34,770 nt of DNA from Sphaeroforma arctica JP610 (Eukaryota), in the NCBI RefSeq assembly GCF_001186125.1, contig NW_014039714.1, positions 1 to 34,770 of the forward strand. The letters are read 5' to 3'. The notes under the pieces were generated by a model that ran no database searches, was not told the DNA's origin, and saw nothing but the letters and a program-made list of their open reading frames with translations. The position numbers were made by a program, and so were the translations under genes. Shown here piece after piece: positions 22,786 through 34,714 of the stretch (positions are counted from its first letter, which is position 1; each line of letters opens with the position of its first letter).

Positions 22786-25700
22786 TATTAATATTTATGT
22801 ATATATTTATTATATATATATGNNNNNNNNNNNNNNNNNNNNNNNNNNNNNNNNNNNNNNNNNNNNNNNNNNNNNNNNNNNNNNNNNNNNNNNNNNNNNN
22901 NNNNNNNNNNNNNNNNNNNNNNNNNNNNNNNNNNNNNNNNNNNNNNNNNNNNNNNNNNNNNNNNNNNNNNNNNNNNNNNNNNNNNNNNNNNNNNNNNNNN
23001 NNNNNNNNNNNNNNNNNNNNNNNNNNNNNNNNNNNNNNNNNNNNNNNNNNNNNNNNNNNNNNNNNNNNNNNNNNNNNNNNNNNNNNNNNNNNNNNNNNNN
23101 NNNNNNNNNNNNNNNNNNNNNNNNNNNNNNNNNNNNNNNNNNNAACTCAGTCGCTTGACAATATACAAGTTGCCGTGCATCCCATACCAGACTGTCCCCT
23201 CCATAGGCCCAACCCACGCCTTGTTATCGTGAGCACCTGTGCCTGTGCCCAACACGAAGCCAGTGTGTTGTGATGGCATGGATGATTGTGGTGCTTTGCG
23301 GGTGCTTTTCGACTCTTTCTTTAGCGCTGCGGGTGGCACCACCTGTTGAAAGGTGAAAACAGTTAGTACTTTATCACCAACAACTACAACACAAATCTCC
23401 ACATTCGCGTTGTCATGGAAACATGCAAGATGAATCGCTCACAAGTTTGTGTCATCCCGTGTGCTATGGCTTGAGACGATCACGCCAGGCTCATGCGAAA
23501 GTAATGGAGTGCATGCCAATTGCCGAACTAGTCCAGCCAGCATTGAATAGAAGGGAGACGATACTGCATTGACCAGGTGACGTTTGTCAAGACTCCTCGG
23601 GAACGCGTTGAAAAATATTGTTAATGTTATTATTTCTTTCTCAGAGCAGCCAGCAATACGTTTTTAAGTACGCCATAGAGACGCTGGTTGTAACGGTTGG
23701 ACATGGCAGCATAGTGCAGACACTAACGAATACATAGCCGGTAAGAACCCCAGGTAAAACGCCATAACATCAGAGACAAACATCACATATACTGACCGTC
23801 GTTCCCATGGTGACGTCCAAACACAATCGGAATCACGCAAAAGGAGACGTACAAGCCAAATTCAACCCAGACCCTCCGCGTGCCAACTTAAACGTAAAAT
23901 TCACATACGGTGATAATCCGACTTCGATTACGGCCTGTCCCCGTGGAGGAGTGCAGAACCGGCATCCCGTATTTAGGAGTCAAAACTCGGTCGCAGAAAT
24001 CGTGCATGTTGTGACGACGGACTTTGCTCAGTCGCATCACATGGCCCGTCGTATACTCGCCTGACTCTATAGTGTGCTGCACATACTGCTCTGCGTCCTG
24101 GGAATCCTTCTCGAAGTCTTTGTTTGGTTTGAGGGGGCCTGCATATTCAATCGTGCAATATGTCATGGGTGAGGCACGGGTGAGGTATTCCTTACTATTG
24201 TAGGCTGTGCATAACTAGTCACTGCAGTCTGCATGGAGCGAGATGTTGATCACGCGGAGTTATACGTCACACACTACGTCACGGTCGTTGCATACAGTAT
24301 AAGACCAATGGCGCGATAGGCATTCGGACAAGCGAGCACACAGGAACGCACTCGTACTCATATGTGTACTCGTGTGTCTGTGTAGACGCCATGTGATACT
24401 GATGGTGGCGAATACACGTTTGGTGTATCGAACACAGCCCATCAGTCACTCACCAACGACAATTATACCCACGTGGTTGTGGCATGCAAACATACCTATA
24501 GCTGTAGGGAAGGTGCCCATACTGGCAAGTGCATGTCCGAGTCCGTGCGCCGACAATCCGTTATGGCCGAAGCCTCCGTAACCGCCCATCACCTTCCCGG
24601 TGTAATGTCCAGTTGCGCTGCCAGGCACTCCCACACCCACCCCCACTCCACCTGCACCGACAGGCGCTGTACTACCGATAGGGAACTTGGCCATGACCAG
24701 GTTCATCAGCTTGACCCCTTTCTGGGTAAGCGAATACGAGTTCTCATTGCCCCACCCGTTCTTCACACAGCGCAGATACCCCTTATCCTGAAGCGCGTCG
24801 TTCACCTTCCAGCCCCCGCAGTCCTGGTTCCTATAATTGGGTGCAAAACTCCCGGTCGTCATGCCAGTTGGATAGTCTCTCTCTTGCGCATGTCCCGGTC
24901 CCCTTTCTGGCTCCTGAAGGTGCAGCACGCGGCCAGAAAGGCGTAGCGACTGCTTCCATGTTTGGTTTGGTTTGCGTACATTTCGATTTCTTGGTCTTCG
25001 CTGTCTCGCAGCCGCCCATCGAGGTCCTGAAATACAGTACAAGTACATGAGCACAAGGTCAAGAGCCCTTTGGAAGTGGATAAATACCGAGTCCGATTAG
25101 GTATCCAGCTGAATGGAACCGACTTAGCTCTGGCTTTCTCCGAAAGGGTTGGGACTTGGCGGAAAAGATAGGATAGTGCTCTTGTGACTGGGTTAGGACG
25201 ATGGGGCGAGCCATTCTCCATTCACTGTGGCAGTTTGGCAAGTCAGCAAGATAGACTGCGTGTGCACACCTTCGTTGTCAGCAACGTCATCTCGTTCATA
25301 TGAATCTGCACATGTTTATACACGCTAACTACATCCTACAGGTGCGCAATACGAGTGAAGAACTGATCACATGGACCCGTGGCACTATAAACAAAGACAG
25401 TGCAACAGATCCGCCTGGACTCCAACAGCGTAAGTCTGGACTGCATAGGCTAACCGTTTCCTATTACTCGATCGAAATTTACCTAATACCAGTACAGGCA
25501 GTACAGTAGTTAAGGGGATTTGATCGACTCACACTTACTGACCAGATTACTATCAGAGACTCTCCAACAAGACTACCCGATATACAATTCGGTATCTAAG
25601 ACCAATAGCAACGTACTTGATATGCGGGAATAAGCGCACTATATGTATAATTCAATATCTAAGACCGATAGTAACCTACATGATATGCGGGAGACACATA

Positions 25701-25995
25701 AACAGTATCTGGAACACCCCTATCCACACAACCCCCACTGACCAGACTACGGCCAAAACTCTACGAGAAGTCTACTAGAGATACTACTTAATCTCTACCA
25801 CTGACAAAAACAACTTACTTCGTATGTGGTACAAAACTCGGCGTAATATCATTGGGGCCCATCAGCGGCACATTTCCTTTGATAATATCACGGACCAGGT
25901 TGTGGATGAAGGTCGTAGTGCACACCGATTTTATATTCGTGATTGTTCCGTTCCTGTCCATCTTGATGTTCTTGTCTTGTAGTTCTTTGATTTTC
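18718..25995 (-). pseudogene. Disrupted MUS81-related XPF/ERCC4 nuclease gene. Approximate exons 25995-25819, 25026-24454, 24204-23909, 23342-~23215, 22302-20571, 20238-18718; 5' end undefined
   Basis: ERCC4 motifs ELVIDKRER, SDFVW, LMERKAIRDIVSRS, HLVQL, NILLLDGD. MUS81-like winged helix (SSRYAFLAA...MRKRETIQLA...SF...GWKVNDALQDKGYL...YSLTQKGVKL). Lesions: frameshift at ~24860, G7 run 22148-22154, T6 run 21621-21626, 29-bp duplication 20580-20637, in-frame TGA 19399-19401. Confidence 0.75.
21312..21372. repeat. 12-bp coding minisatellite (HTTS/HTTT repeats) in the nuclease linker
   Basis: agtatgag(t/a)ggt x5. Confidence 0.85.
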
Positions 25996-26299
25996 CTGAG
26001 AAGATGGGAGGTACACACATACACACACACACACACACACACATAGATAGGTAAGTTAAAAAGAAGCAGCAGTGGTAACAGTAATGTTTGCCCGTGATCG
26101 AATCAGAGAGACTGGCCATAGCTTCGCACACGAGCAATTAAACTGCCAAATGTTAACATACAGTCACCCAAATACAGTAACGGAATAAAACTGTTGCAGA
26201 ATACGGCCAGTTTTCGTATTCATGTCAGGACATGTAGACACGTGGAAATATGGCGTAGAAAGGTTCATTATAAATATGTGCACGAAACTCTACTATCCT

Positions 26300-26647
26300 T
26301 CTGAGGTGTTGTTGATTGGTAAGCATGTATATACTGGTATATTTACTTTGTCTTGATCACTGCATTTTTTATCGCACATATTATTTACAGTCTAACACTA
26401 AGGGGACAGAATGGCTTAGGTGTTGTTGGTTGATAAGCATGTATATACTGGCATATTGACTTTGTCTTGAACACTGCATATTATATCAAACACATTATTT
26501 ACAGCCTAATACTAAGAGGACAAAATGGCTGAGGTGTTGTTGGTTGATAAGCATGTATATACTGGTATATTTACTTTGTCTTGATCACTGCATTTTTTAT
26601 CAAACACATATTAGTAACAGCCTAATACTAAGAGGACAAAAATGGCT
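26300..26647. repeat. ~113-bp tandem repeat, 3 copies
   Basis: aggtgttgttg...taagcatgtatatactgg...actttgtcttga...ctaa..ctaag.ggaca.aatggct x3. Confidence 0.9.
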
Positions 26648-27702
26648 GCAATACAGACGCTTGATGTGTATTTTGACACATTAAACCGGGCCAACGACCT
26701 ATAGGGCAAGCACAAACAAGTTGTGTCGAATATTCATGCAGTAGACATTGAGTGCATGTAATACGAGCATTGATTTTAAGCTCTGGACGTCAGTCATATT
26801 TTTCCAGAACGTTTCTGATTTTCCGGTGTTTGGCACAACACAGCAAGGAGCTGTAAGCTAGTACAAGTATCGGCAGCATAGTATAAGCCGTTCGAATATG
26901 ATTTAACACCGCTATGTACACACTTAGATATACTTCCAGTCAGTGGTGAACAGATACCGAACTTGTTATAAGGAGAATCAGGAAAGAGATATGGTATAAA
27001 ACACGGCAATTAAAGTATGTGAAAGGCTGTTGCATCGAAATACACACACCTAGAACTCCTTAATCCGTTGGCAAAGCGATTGAAAATTCACGCAGAGCAG
27101 AACTTACAAGCCAGTAAAAAATGTATTGCTACATATACGTAGCCTCTTAATAATCACATAGAACAATACATATATTTGAATATCTAGATAGAGGCTATAG
27201 TATACACTTCATTAAATATATAGAAATACATCCACCAAAAATATACATTTTGTATTTAATATAATAAATATCTCAGACTATTTTATATGAGTAGTCAAAC
27301 TCGGACCGCCAAAAATCTGATGATCTCATCACACTCGATTCACTCTGGCTCTGGTGGATGAATGAGCACGTATTAACTACTACTAGTGAGCTTGGGAACA
27401 TTTTGTCTTGAATGTTCTCGTACTTGGGTCAAGTACTCCCTGGGTGGAAACCTGTAGAGCGCATAAGTCCTGTATACCCTGTCACAAACTTCTACGAAAA
27501 CACATCACTTAGAAAAAGTACATGTACAATAGTAATCGAGTGTGATAGTAAGCGTCGTGAGTATCTGTATATGTACGCTTGCAGGAGTTAAAGTACAATT
27601 AATACGACAGAATCGTTATTGAAGTGCTACGTTAGTTTATTTGTCAGGGAGATAGTTGTAACTAATTAGTTCTACTATTTACAGTCTATAATCACGCAAT
27701 TT

Positions 27703-29589
27703 TTATTGCATCCCAAGCATTGTGTCGTTCTTCCTTGCAGTAAATCCCTGACACAAAGATCTTCTGATGCGACTTCCTTCTCTTTCTCTGATGTCAGAGA
27801 ACAACATTCCGCTCCAGAATCCCATTGATCCCAAATCCGATGATACAGACCTGATCGAATCCACGTCCTCCAATGAGCTCGCTGATGTTAATATTTGTAA
27901 CTTCGCCGGGGTATAGTGGCGAGCCGAAATAATTTCTTTCGGTTTCGAAGCAGCGGTTGCAAGCGCTTCGAGTACCTCTTCAATAGTGTCGTATTCACAG
28001 CACAACTGCTCCATTTCAGCAGGAGTAAATGTACGAATGTCCTTCTTCAATGATCGTGTCACCGAGTCTTGCATATATGATGATAGTCCACACTGGAAAA
28101 ATAGGGCCAGCATCGCGATTGCTTCGGCGGGTTGAATAAACCCCAAGTACACGGTAAGATTAACTCGCCCGGGTCGAATTAGCGCTGGATCCAGCTTCTC
28201 AGGATGATTGGTAGTCATGACCACAATGCGATCCGGGCAATCTACAATTCCATCCAACACATTCAGAAGACCAGCTAGGTTCAGATCGTCGTCGCCAGCC
28301 ACACCAAGCGAGGACCCTTTACTCGCCTTCATCTTATCTAACATATCTTGCGTCAACGTGCCCTGTGTCTTGTGTTTCTCCAGGACTGTGTTTGAAGCAA
28401 CCATATCATTGGGTAGAAGACTGCCATCTAAAGCCCCAGTGAGAGTGTCCTTTAACGTCGGATCACGAGCAAAGACAACCTTGCTGGCACAATCAATATC
28501 CTCCATCACGTAAACGACCTTTTCGAACTTGTGCCGCATCGGCAAGTCATTGCCCTGAACTTGATAACACTGATCAAAGACCACATCCATGAGATCTTGG
28601 TTAGTTTTGATCCTAGCCAGTGGGATACTGACAATGTGACGTTCTGTATGTTGCGCAAGTGCCTTAATGAGACTTGTTTTGCCAGTGCCGGGAGAGCCAT
28701 GCAGAAGAAGTGTTATCTTATTTGGGTATGATGGAATCGAGAACTTTCCCGTGTGATACTTGAAATGATCCAGCAACCGGAGCAGTGCAGGCTTCTGAGG
28801 GAAAAACATTGAGTTGAACGTTTTGTCATTACTCAATGCATAGCGTTTGTAAATCACACTGTTTCCATTTCCCTCTAAGTCACTTCCCTTAGCCGTGGAT
28901 CTCATAACGTACATGTACCTCGCAACGTCTCTTTGCGCTGCCACATAGTCCATGTACCACTGGTAAGCGTGCTGTACATACTTATCTACACGTTGCCTGG
29001 CATCCTGTCCATGTGCGGTGAGAATGTAGTCGGACGTTGTCTTAGTGGAGAATGATTCTTTCCCTTCCTGCTCAGACGTCGAAACATTACTAATTGTCAA
29101 ATATACCTGCTTCCCCACATCCACAGGCTCATTGGGCGGTGGCTCTGTGATAATATCGAAAGACTGCAACTGTTGAAGCACCGACCCATCGTCCTCGATA
29201 CCCCGCCCATACGCCTGCTCTACCGTTTTAGCATTGTAGACCAAGCGGAAGTGTCCCCCAGAGAAGCTTAAGTCACAATTATGAGTGATATACTCCAGTA
29301 TAGCCTTGTGCAGAATATGATTATTTTGATCCTCATCGTAGACTCGGCCGTATTTATTTTCTGCCGTCTCATGAATAATATGTCGCGTATACGTGTAATC
29401 ATCGCACGTCCATAACCTCTTCCATAAGCTCCAACAGAGTGTGTTGAACTCTTTGATATATACCGCGAATGCAGAGAATACAATCGGCACAATCAGGCAA
29501 AAAGCGAAATCCAGAAATGTGTTGCCTGTGCGAAGCGCATTCATGATGCCAATCTGCGCAGGGCCCAGTAAACTCTCAGCTTGCATCAT
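27703..29589 (-). CDS. BCS1-like AAA+ ATPase, intronless, ~628 aa (the ORF track extends to a non-ATG start at 29685)
   Basis: Walker A GSPGTGKT, Walker B VYVMEDID, BCS1-type LNLAGLLNVLDG, sensor-1/Arg finger MTTNHPEKLDPALIRPGR, and an N-terminal hydrophobic helix FLDFAFCLIVPIVFSAFAVYI. The start codon is inferred (MMQAESLL). Confidence 0.9.
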   Translation of the reverse strand: MMQAESLLGPAQIGIMNALRTGNTFLDFAFCLIVPIVFSAFAVYIKEFNTLCWSLWKRLWTCDDYTYTRHIIHETAENKYGRVYDEDQNNHILHKAILEYITHNCDLSFSGGHFRLVYNAKTVEQAYGRGIEDDGSVLQQLQSFDIITEPPPNEPVDVGKQVYLTISNVSTSEQEGKESFSTKTTSDYILTAHGQDARQRVDKYVQHAYQWYMDYVAAQRDVARYMYVMRSTAKGSDLEGNGNSVIYKRYALSNDKTFNSMFFPQKPALLRLLDHFKYHTGKFSIPSYPNKITLLLHGSPGTGKTSLIKALAQHTERHIVSIPLARIKTNQDLMDVVFDQCYQVQGNDLPMRHKFEKVVYVMEDIDCASKVVFARDPTLKDTLTGALDGSLLPNDMVASNTVLEKHKTQGTLTQDMLDKMKASKGSSLGVAGDDDLNLAGLLNVLDGIVDCPDRIVVMTTNHPEKLDPALIRPGRVNLTVYLGFIQPAEAIAMLALFFQCGLSSYMQDSVTRSLKKDIRTFTPAEMEQLCCEYDTIEEVLEALATAASKPKEIISARHYTPAKLQILTSASSLEDVDSIRSVSSDLGSMGFWSGMLFSDIREREGSRIRRSLCQGFTARKNDTMLGMQ

Positions 29590-30937
29590 CTTGTTGTGTG
29601 CCGTTATTGTGTGTATATATTGTACTTGTTGAAGGTGCCTCCGAGACGTGCACATATATACTAATTTTAAAATACAGAATTTCAAAGTTTCAACGTGTCC
29701 ACAACTGTCATCAGACGACTCTTGAGTCGTGAGTCGTGACGACAGACAGACGTGAAATATTTAGTCATCGGCAGGCACCAAGACTGTTTACTGATTGGAG
29801 AAATTTCGAATACTTTTTGTATACAGTTTACTCCATCACCTGCTTTTGTGAAAAAAAAATACACAACTGTCAACAACTGTCAACTGTAAATAACCCCGTG
29901 TATGTACTCAATGTATTATTTCATTAAAAAACAAGATCTCAGATCTGCTATAGGTCTGTCAGGTTTCTGCCGCTTCCTACATATGTATTGACAGACATAA
30001 TCTGAGTTGCTTACAGGGTACTAGTGCACGATGTACTTTATTACACAGGCGGGGGGGGGGGGGGGTGGAATTATGGTTTAAATTGATTGCTACTTGTTGA
30101 TGTGTGGGCTGGCCGTTCATATTTACAACTGGCAATGTGGTGGTGATTGTTGCTAATTAAGCCAATCAAGGTCATGGTTGCCTTAATAAGGCAGGAGAAG
30201 GTTCACTGTTCTGCAAGATCGTGATTTTAAAATCCTTATGGGGTACAATATCGCCGACTTAACAACACTCCATTATATATAGGCAAGTTGTCTCAGTATA
30301 GTTTGATGTATCAATCGCTGAAAATCATTTGAGACCCGTATATGTACACGGTGCTAGAATTGAGTTTTAAGAACTCTACACACCAATCGGCTGTATCAGT
30401 GGCCACACAATATATGTGGGTCGTTCTATCTACCAATATCTACTTTGAGGGAAAAAGATTCGCTACATCTCGCCGCTGCAGTTTGGGATCCTTAAAATTG
30501 ACGCTATATGCAAACCTTACAACGTCCTTTGTAGTTTCACAGGTTGTAGATTTATGAAATATGTAAATAGTGGGAAACAAAGAGCAGAAAAAAACTCCCC
30601 AAAAATGTCTAAAACGACGATATTGAATGAAACACTTGTCCAAACATTCTTCTCACTAGCTTGGTGTCAATTGATATGTTTAATAGCCAAATAGATGGGG
30701 CCACACACGTACGATCTTTCACCGACCACTAGCTTCGAGTAAACTCAACTTTATATGTGATTCTCAAAATAAGGGGTATACGGAGTGTTGTTTAGACCTT
30801 GTCCTCCGCACAAGCTGGTATACACATAGAAAGTTTCGATAGTACATACACCGCCGCACTTCTTTGAGATAGCTTTCACTGGACAAGATTCGTGCAACGA
30901 GACCATCTTTATTAGAACATGCTTGTTTATGTTATCT

Positions 30938-33900
30938 CTATTTTTTGCTGCCTTTGCCTCCCTTTTTCTTGGCATCCTTAGTAGTGGTGGTATTAACCTC
31001 CTTGAAACGTCTAGAATTGATAGTACTCATGTTGAGGGGATGGTCGTCCAGATAGTACATCTTAGCCCGGCGTGCACGTTGGAACTCGAGCACCTATGTC
31101 AAGGACAGACAACACCAAGTTAATTAATGTTTTCAGTTAGTTGAAGCTTTCAGAAAATGAGCAATAGATTAACGATATCAACTGCTGGCATCAGCAATCA
31201 ACCATGCATAATTTAATTCATGAAGAACATTTCTCGTTAAACAATGAAGACAGCGGTATATGATGGCTTCATACCTTGATTTCTTTGATAAGAGGCGAGT
31301 AGACCATGTACGACTTCTCCAGCAGTACACCATCAACCACATTTCTCAAGGTTAGTGACGACGCAGTTCCTGCAGAGTCCAATGAATAGGAGAGTGGTGT
31401 CAGAGACAAACGGTATAAATGAGTGGGCCATGACCAGTTAAAGGTCTCAGGAGTGAAAGGCAGCAGACTCGCCTCAGGTATCGGATTGGTCTGGCACCAG
31501 ACTGAGAAGGAGGCGAGGTTGATATGTAGTAAACCCTACACTCTTAACCCCAACAACAGCATCCTCTAAACTGGAACATAAGCCCGTTCACACGCGCGTA
31601 ATCACCAACCTGGCATCAGTTACTGATTGATAATAATAAAGGAAATTGAACTTACCTCGATTGGGACGGGCGGTACAGATACCAATGAAAGGCTTGGCCC
31701 GCTTTGTGTTGGCGTTGTCTAGGGCGACCACCTGCATGATGCACCCGGCGGTGTGTACTGTAATAGGGGGAGTTACAAATTCAGTGATATGTTCCAATGT
31801 CGAGTCGAAAAGCGTTTGTTTGCGCAATGGTAGTGCTTTATCTGTTATCTCACATCAGAGTCTCTGAAATGTAGTTGCAAAAGTGGTCGGACGCTGTCAA
31901 TCATACTCGGCTTTGCACGGTCCCAACCAAAGTGTGAGTGTACGATGAGCAAAACGACACATCCCTTGATATATACAACTTCACATATGACGCTATGTTA
32001 TAGTGGTGTAGCATAGGTGCTAGCTAGAGTATTTATAGTAAATAGTCGCACCTAACCATAGTCTTATAAACATTTTCACTTTATGTGGAAGTATGTATGG
32101 GCGTGTAGATAGGCTGAACTAAACACTCACCATGAGCAAATATAACCTATCCGCCAAGAACTCGCGAGAAGAGATCTGACCTTCTGTATTTATGTGTAGA
32201 AGTACTACAGATTCACCACTCCCTTGTACTTGTAGCATACTTGGTGAGCGCAATCACTACATTCCTTGACATAACTAGAATCCATCACACACAATGACTC
32301 ATGCACGCGTACACACCCGCACACAATCCACTCTACATACTTGACGGAACCCGAAAGCTATCACAAACTATAACGCACACACGCATATACAGTCACAGTC
32401 GCACGCTAGTCACTATGCAGTACCGGGTATATCGATGCGTTTCCTGTGCCGCGCAACCTCTCGCATGTTCAGCAATCCCATCAGATTGGTGTGGAAGTCC
32501 CGCGGTTGGGCATCGTCGGGTATGGCTCGGTACGGTTGAGATCGGACCAACGTCTTCTTATTATCTGTGTAATATCAACACGGAATGTTTGCTATTGAGT
32601 GTCTTGGGGTTCAGACAACGAATGTGTGTCAGGACATTATGGTCCACCTCCAGGAATTAGGGGCACGAGCTACTAGAATATGTATCTGTGATTGTAGCAT
32701 ACGATTTCCATTTCTGAGAACAAATAACTGCAAACAACCTTGTACTGGTGGATTTACTGGACCATAGTGGCATCTCGGTTAGATACATACGAAAGCAAGC
32801 AATTATAAAAGGTAAGGATTAATTGTATACAAATATATATATATATATATATACGAATACAATATACACACACATATATATATATACATATATACATACA
32901 AACACACACACACACACACACNNNNNNNNNNNNNNNNNNNNNNNNNNNNNNNNNNNNNNNNNNNNNNNNNNNNNNNNNNNNNNNNNNNNNNNNNNNNNNN
33001 NNNNNNNNNNNNNNNNNNNNNNNNNNNNNNNNNNNNNNNNNNNNNNNNNNNNNNNNNNNNNNNNNNNNNNNNNNNNNNNNNNNNNNNNNNNNNNNNNNNN
33101 NNNNNNNNNNNNNNNNNNNNNNNNNNNNNNNNNNNNNNNNNNNNNNNNNNNNNNNNNNNNNNNNNNNNNNNNNNNNNNNNNNNNNNNNNNNNNNNNNNNN
33201 NNNNNNNNNNNNNNNNNNNNNNNNNNNNNNNNNNNNNNNNNNNNNNNNNNNNNNNNNNNNNNNNNNNNNNNNNNNNNNNNNNNNNNNNNNNNNNNNNNNN
33301 NNNNNNNNNNNNNNNNNNNNNNNNNNNNNNNNNNNNNNNNNNNNNNNNNNNNNNNNNNNNNNNNNNNNNNNNNNNNNNNNNNNNNNNNNNNNNNNNNNNN
33401 NNNNNNNNNNNNNNNNTGAGTGTGTTTGTAAGTGGAAGTGTGAGTGATTGAGTGTGTGTGTGCGTGTGTGTGCAGGTATGTGTATACGTGCATCCGTGAG
33501 TGTGCGCGTTCGTGTGCGTATACATGTGTCTGTAAGTATGCGTGTATGTATGTATGTGTGCGTGTATTTGAAATGATATCATGTCATTTAGTGTAATATT
33601 CCAACTACTGACCCAGTCGCTTTTGTATACGGCGTGCGAGATCGTGCACAAAATAGTTCTCAAGCGAGCTGAAAGGGCATTTAAAACCCTCGCTCACGTA
33701 CTCTCTTGGCCCTTTTTTTTAGCCATCCTTGGTGCTTTCGTATACCCTCTCATAAGCTTGGTCAACTGAGGGATCTTCTCCTCCTTCTCCTCCGCCTTGT
33801 CAGCCGTAGCATAAGTCCGGCTGTGCTGCAATGCCCCCGCCTGTGCGCATCTCGATATACCAACCGTGCGCGAAACACGCGTAAGTTGTGCCAAAAGCAT
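30938..33900 (-). CDS. MRPL19: Mitochondrial ribosomal protein bL19m. Exons 33900-33702, 32564-32424, 31757-31656, 31369-31275, 31093-30938
   Basis: Arg/Ser/Ala-rich presequence MLLAQLTRVSRTVGISRCA...RTYAT. Spliced L19 core RKRIDIP|VHTAGCIMQV...PFIGICTARPNRG|TASSLTLRNVVDGVLLEKSYMVYSPLIKEIK|VLEFQRARRAKMYYL. Phases are consistent; a gap in intron 1 could hide an extra exon. Confidence 0.9.
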
Positions 33901-34711
33901 AATCAGACTCCCTTCTCCGTTTCTTATATAACGGTATATATTATATACTAATACACTACTATGTATGTATATGGATCAGAGTGGTATCGCTGATAGCACT
34001 ACGCATCTGCTATAGTACAAAATTTGGAATCCATTGTTTATATTTGTGGTGAACTGCTCGGTCCGGGTGCGCGTGGCCCTATAAACCTCAGTTGCCGCGT
34101 TAAAACGTTTCTAATAGGTTTATACGTCAAAGTTTAGAACGTTTATGCTATATTAGTACACTGGATCGAGTGCGTCGTTTGCGAAAATGTTTACGTCTCA
34201 AAACGCAAAAAGAAAAAGAGTCAGTACTCAGTTGACGTTAAACGTTTATTGGCGACGCTTGAAAATTGAGGCGTGGCCCATCACAAAGCAACGAGTCCCA
34301 TATTTATAAATAAAAAGTGCGTCACCGTTTGTGTACACAAGTCACCAACACATCCCATAGACTCGCACATACTACTACAGCAAGAAGTATAAACCTCCCC
34401 TGCGTTATACTGAGCCCAGACATATCACAGACAACAGCTGAAAACTTCTGTCGAGAAATCTCCGCTCCAGGATGTATAGGCTTATGTCCAGAATAGTAAG
34501 TAGTGTTAGTAGTAAATATAGTGCCGCACGCAATCACCGTGGAATCTTGGCACAGTTTACGATTAGCTTATATACAATTTGTTTCTGAAAAGAGGGAAAA
34601 ATGTGCGTGTGCATGCGTTTGAAGGTACAAATTGCTTCTATATCAGATGAAAATAAACAAACAGTCAAGTATATAAATATAATACATTCTAAGCACACTC
34701 GCATATACACG

Positions 34712-34714
<3 letters not shown>

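Noticed and set aside
19399..24862. Programmed frameshifting, TGA recoding or an alternative genetic code for the nuclease gene
   Set aside because: The lesions are heterogeneous (+1, +1, -1, a 29-bp duplication and a nonsense codon). Neighbouring genes use TGG for Trp and TGA as a stop, so decay or assembly error is more parsimonious.
28208..28731. Plus-strand ORFs inside the AAA ATPase (likewise antisense ORFs over 18661-22040 and 24473-24946)
   Set aside because: Antisense shadows of real coding sequence.
30751..30975. 74-aa ORF MPRKREAK... as a separate gene
   Set aside because: Off-frame overlap with the MRPL19 last exon and 3' UTR, with no motif.
33901..34537. Divergent gene or defined promoter motifs upstream of MRPL19
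   Set aside because: The ACGT-rich region is promoter-like, but no specific site or coding exon could be supported.
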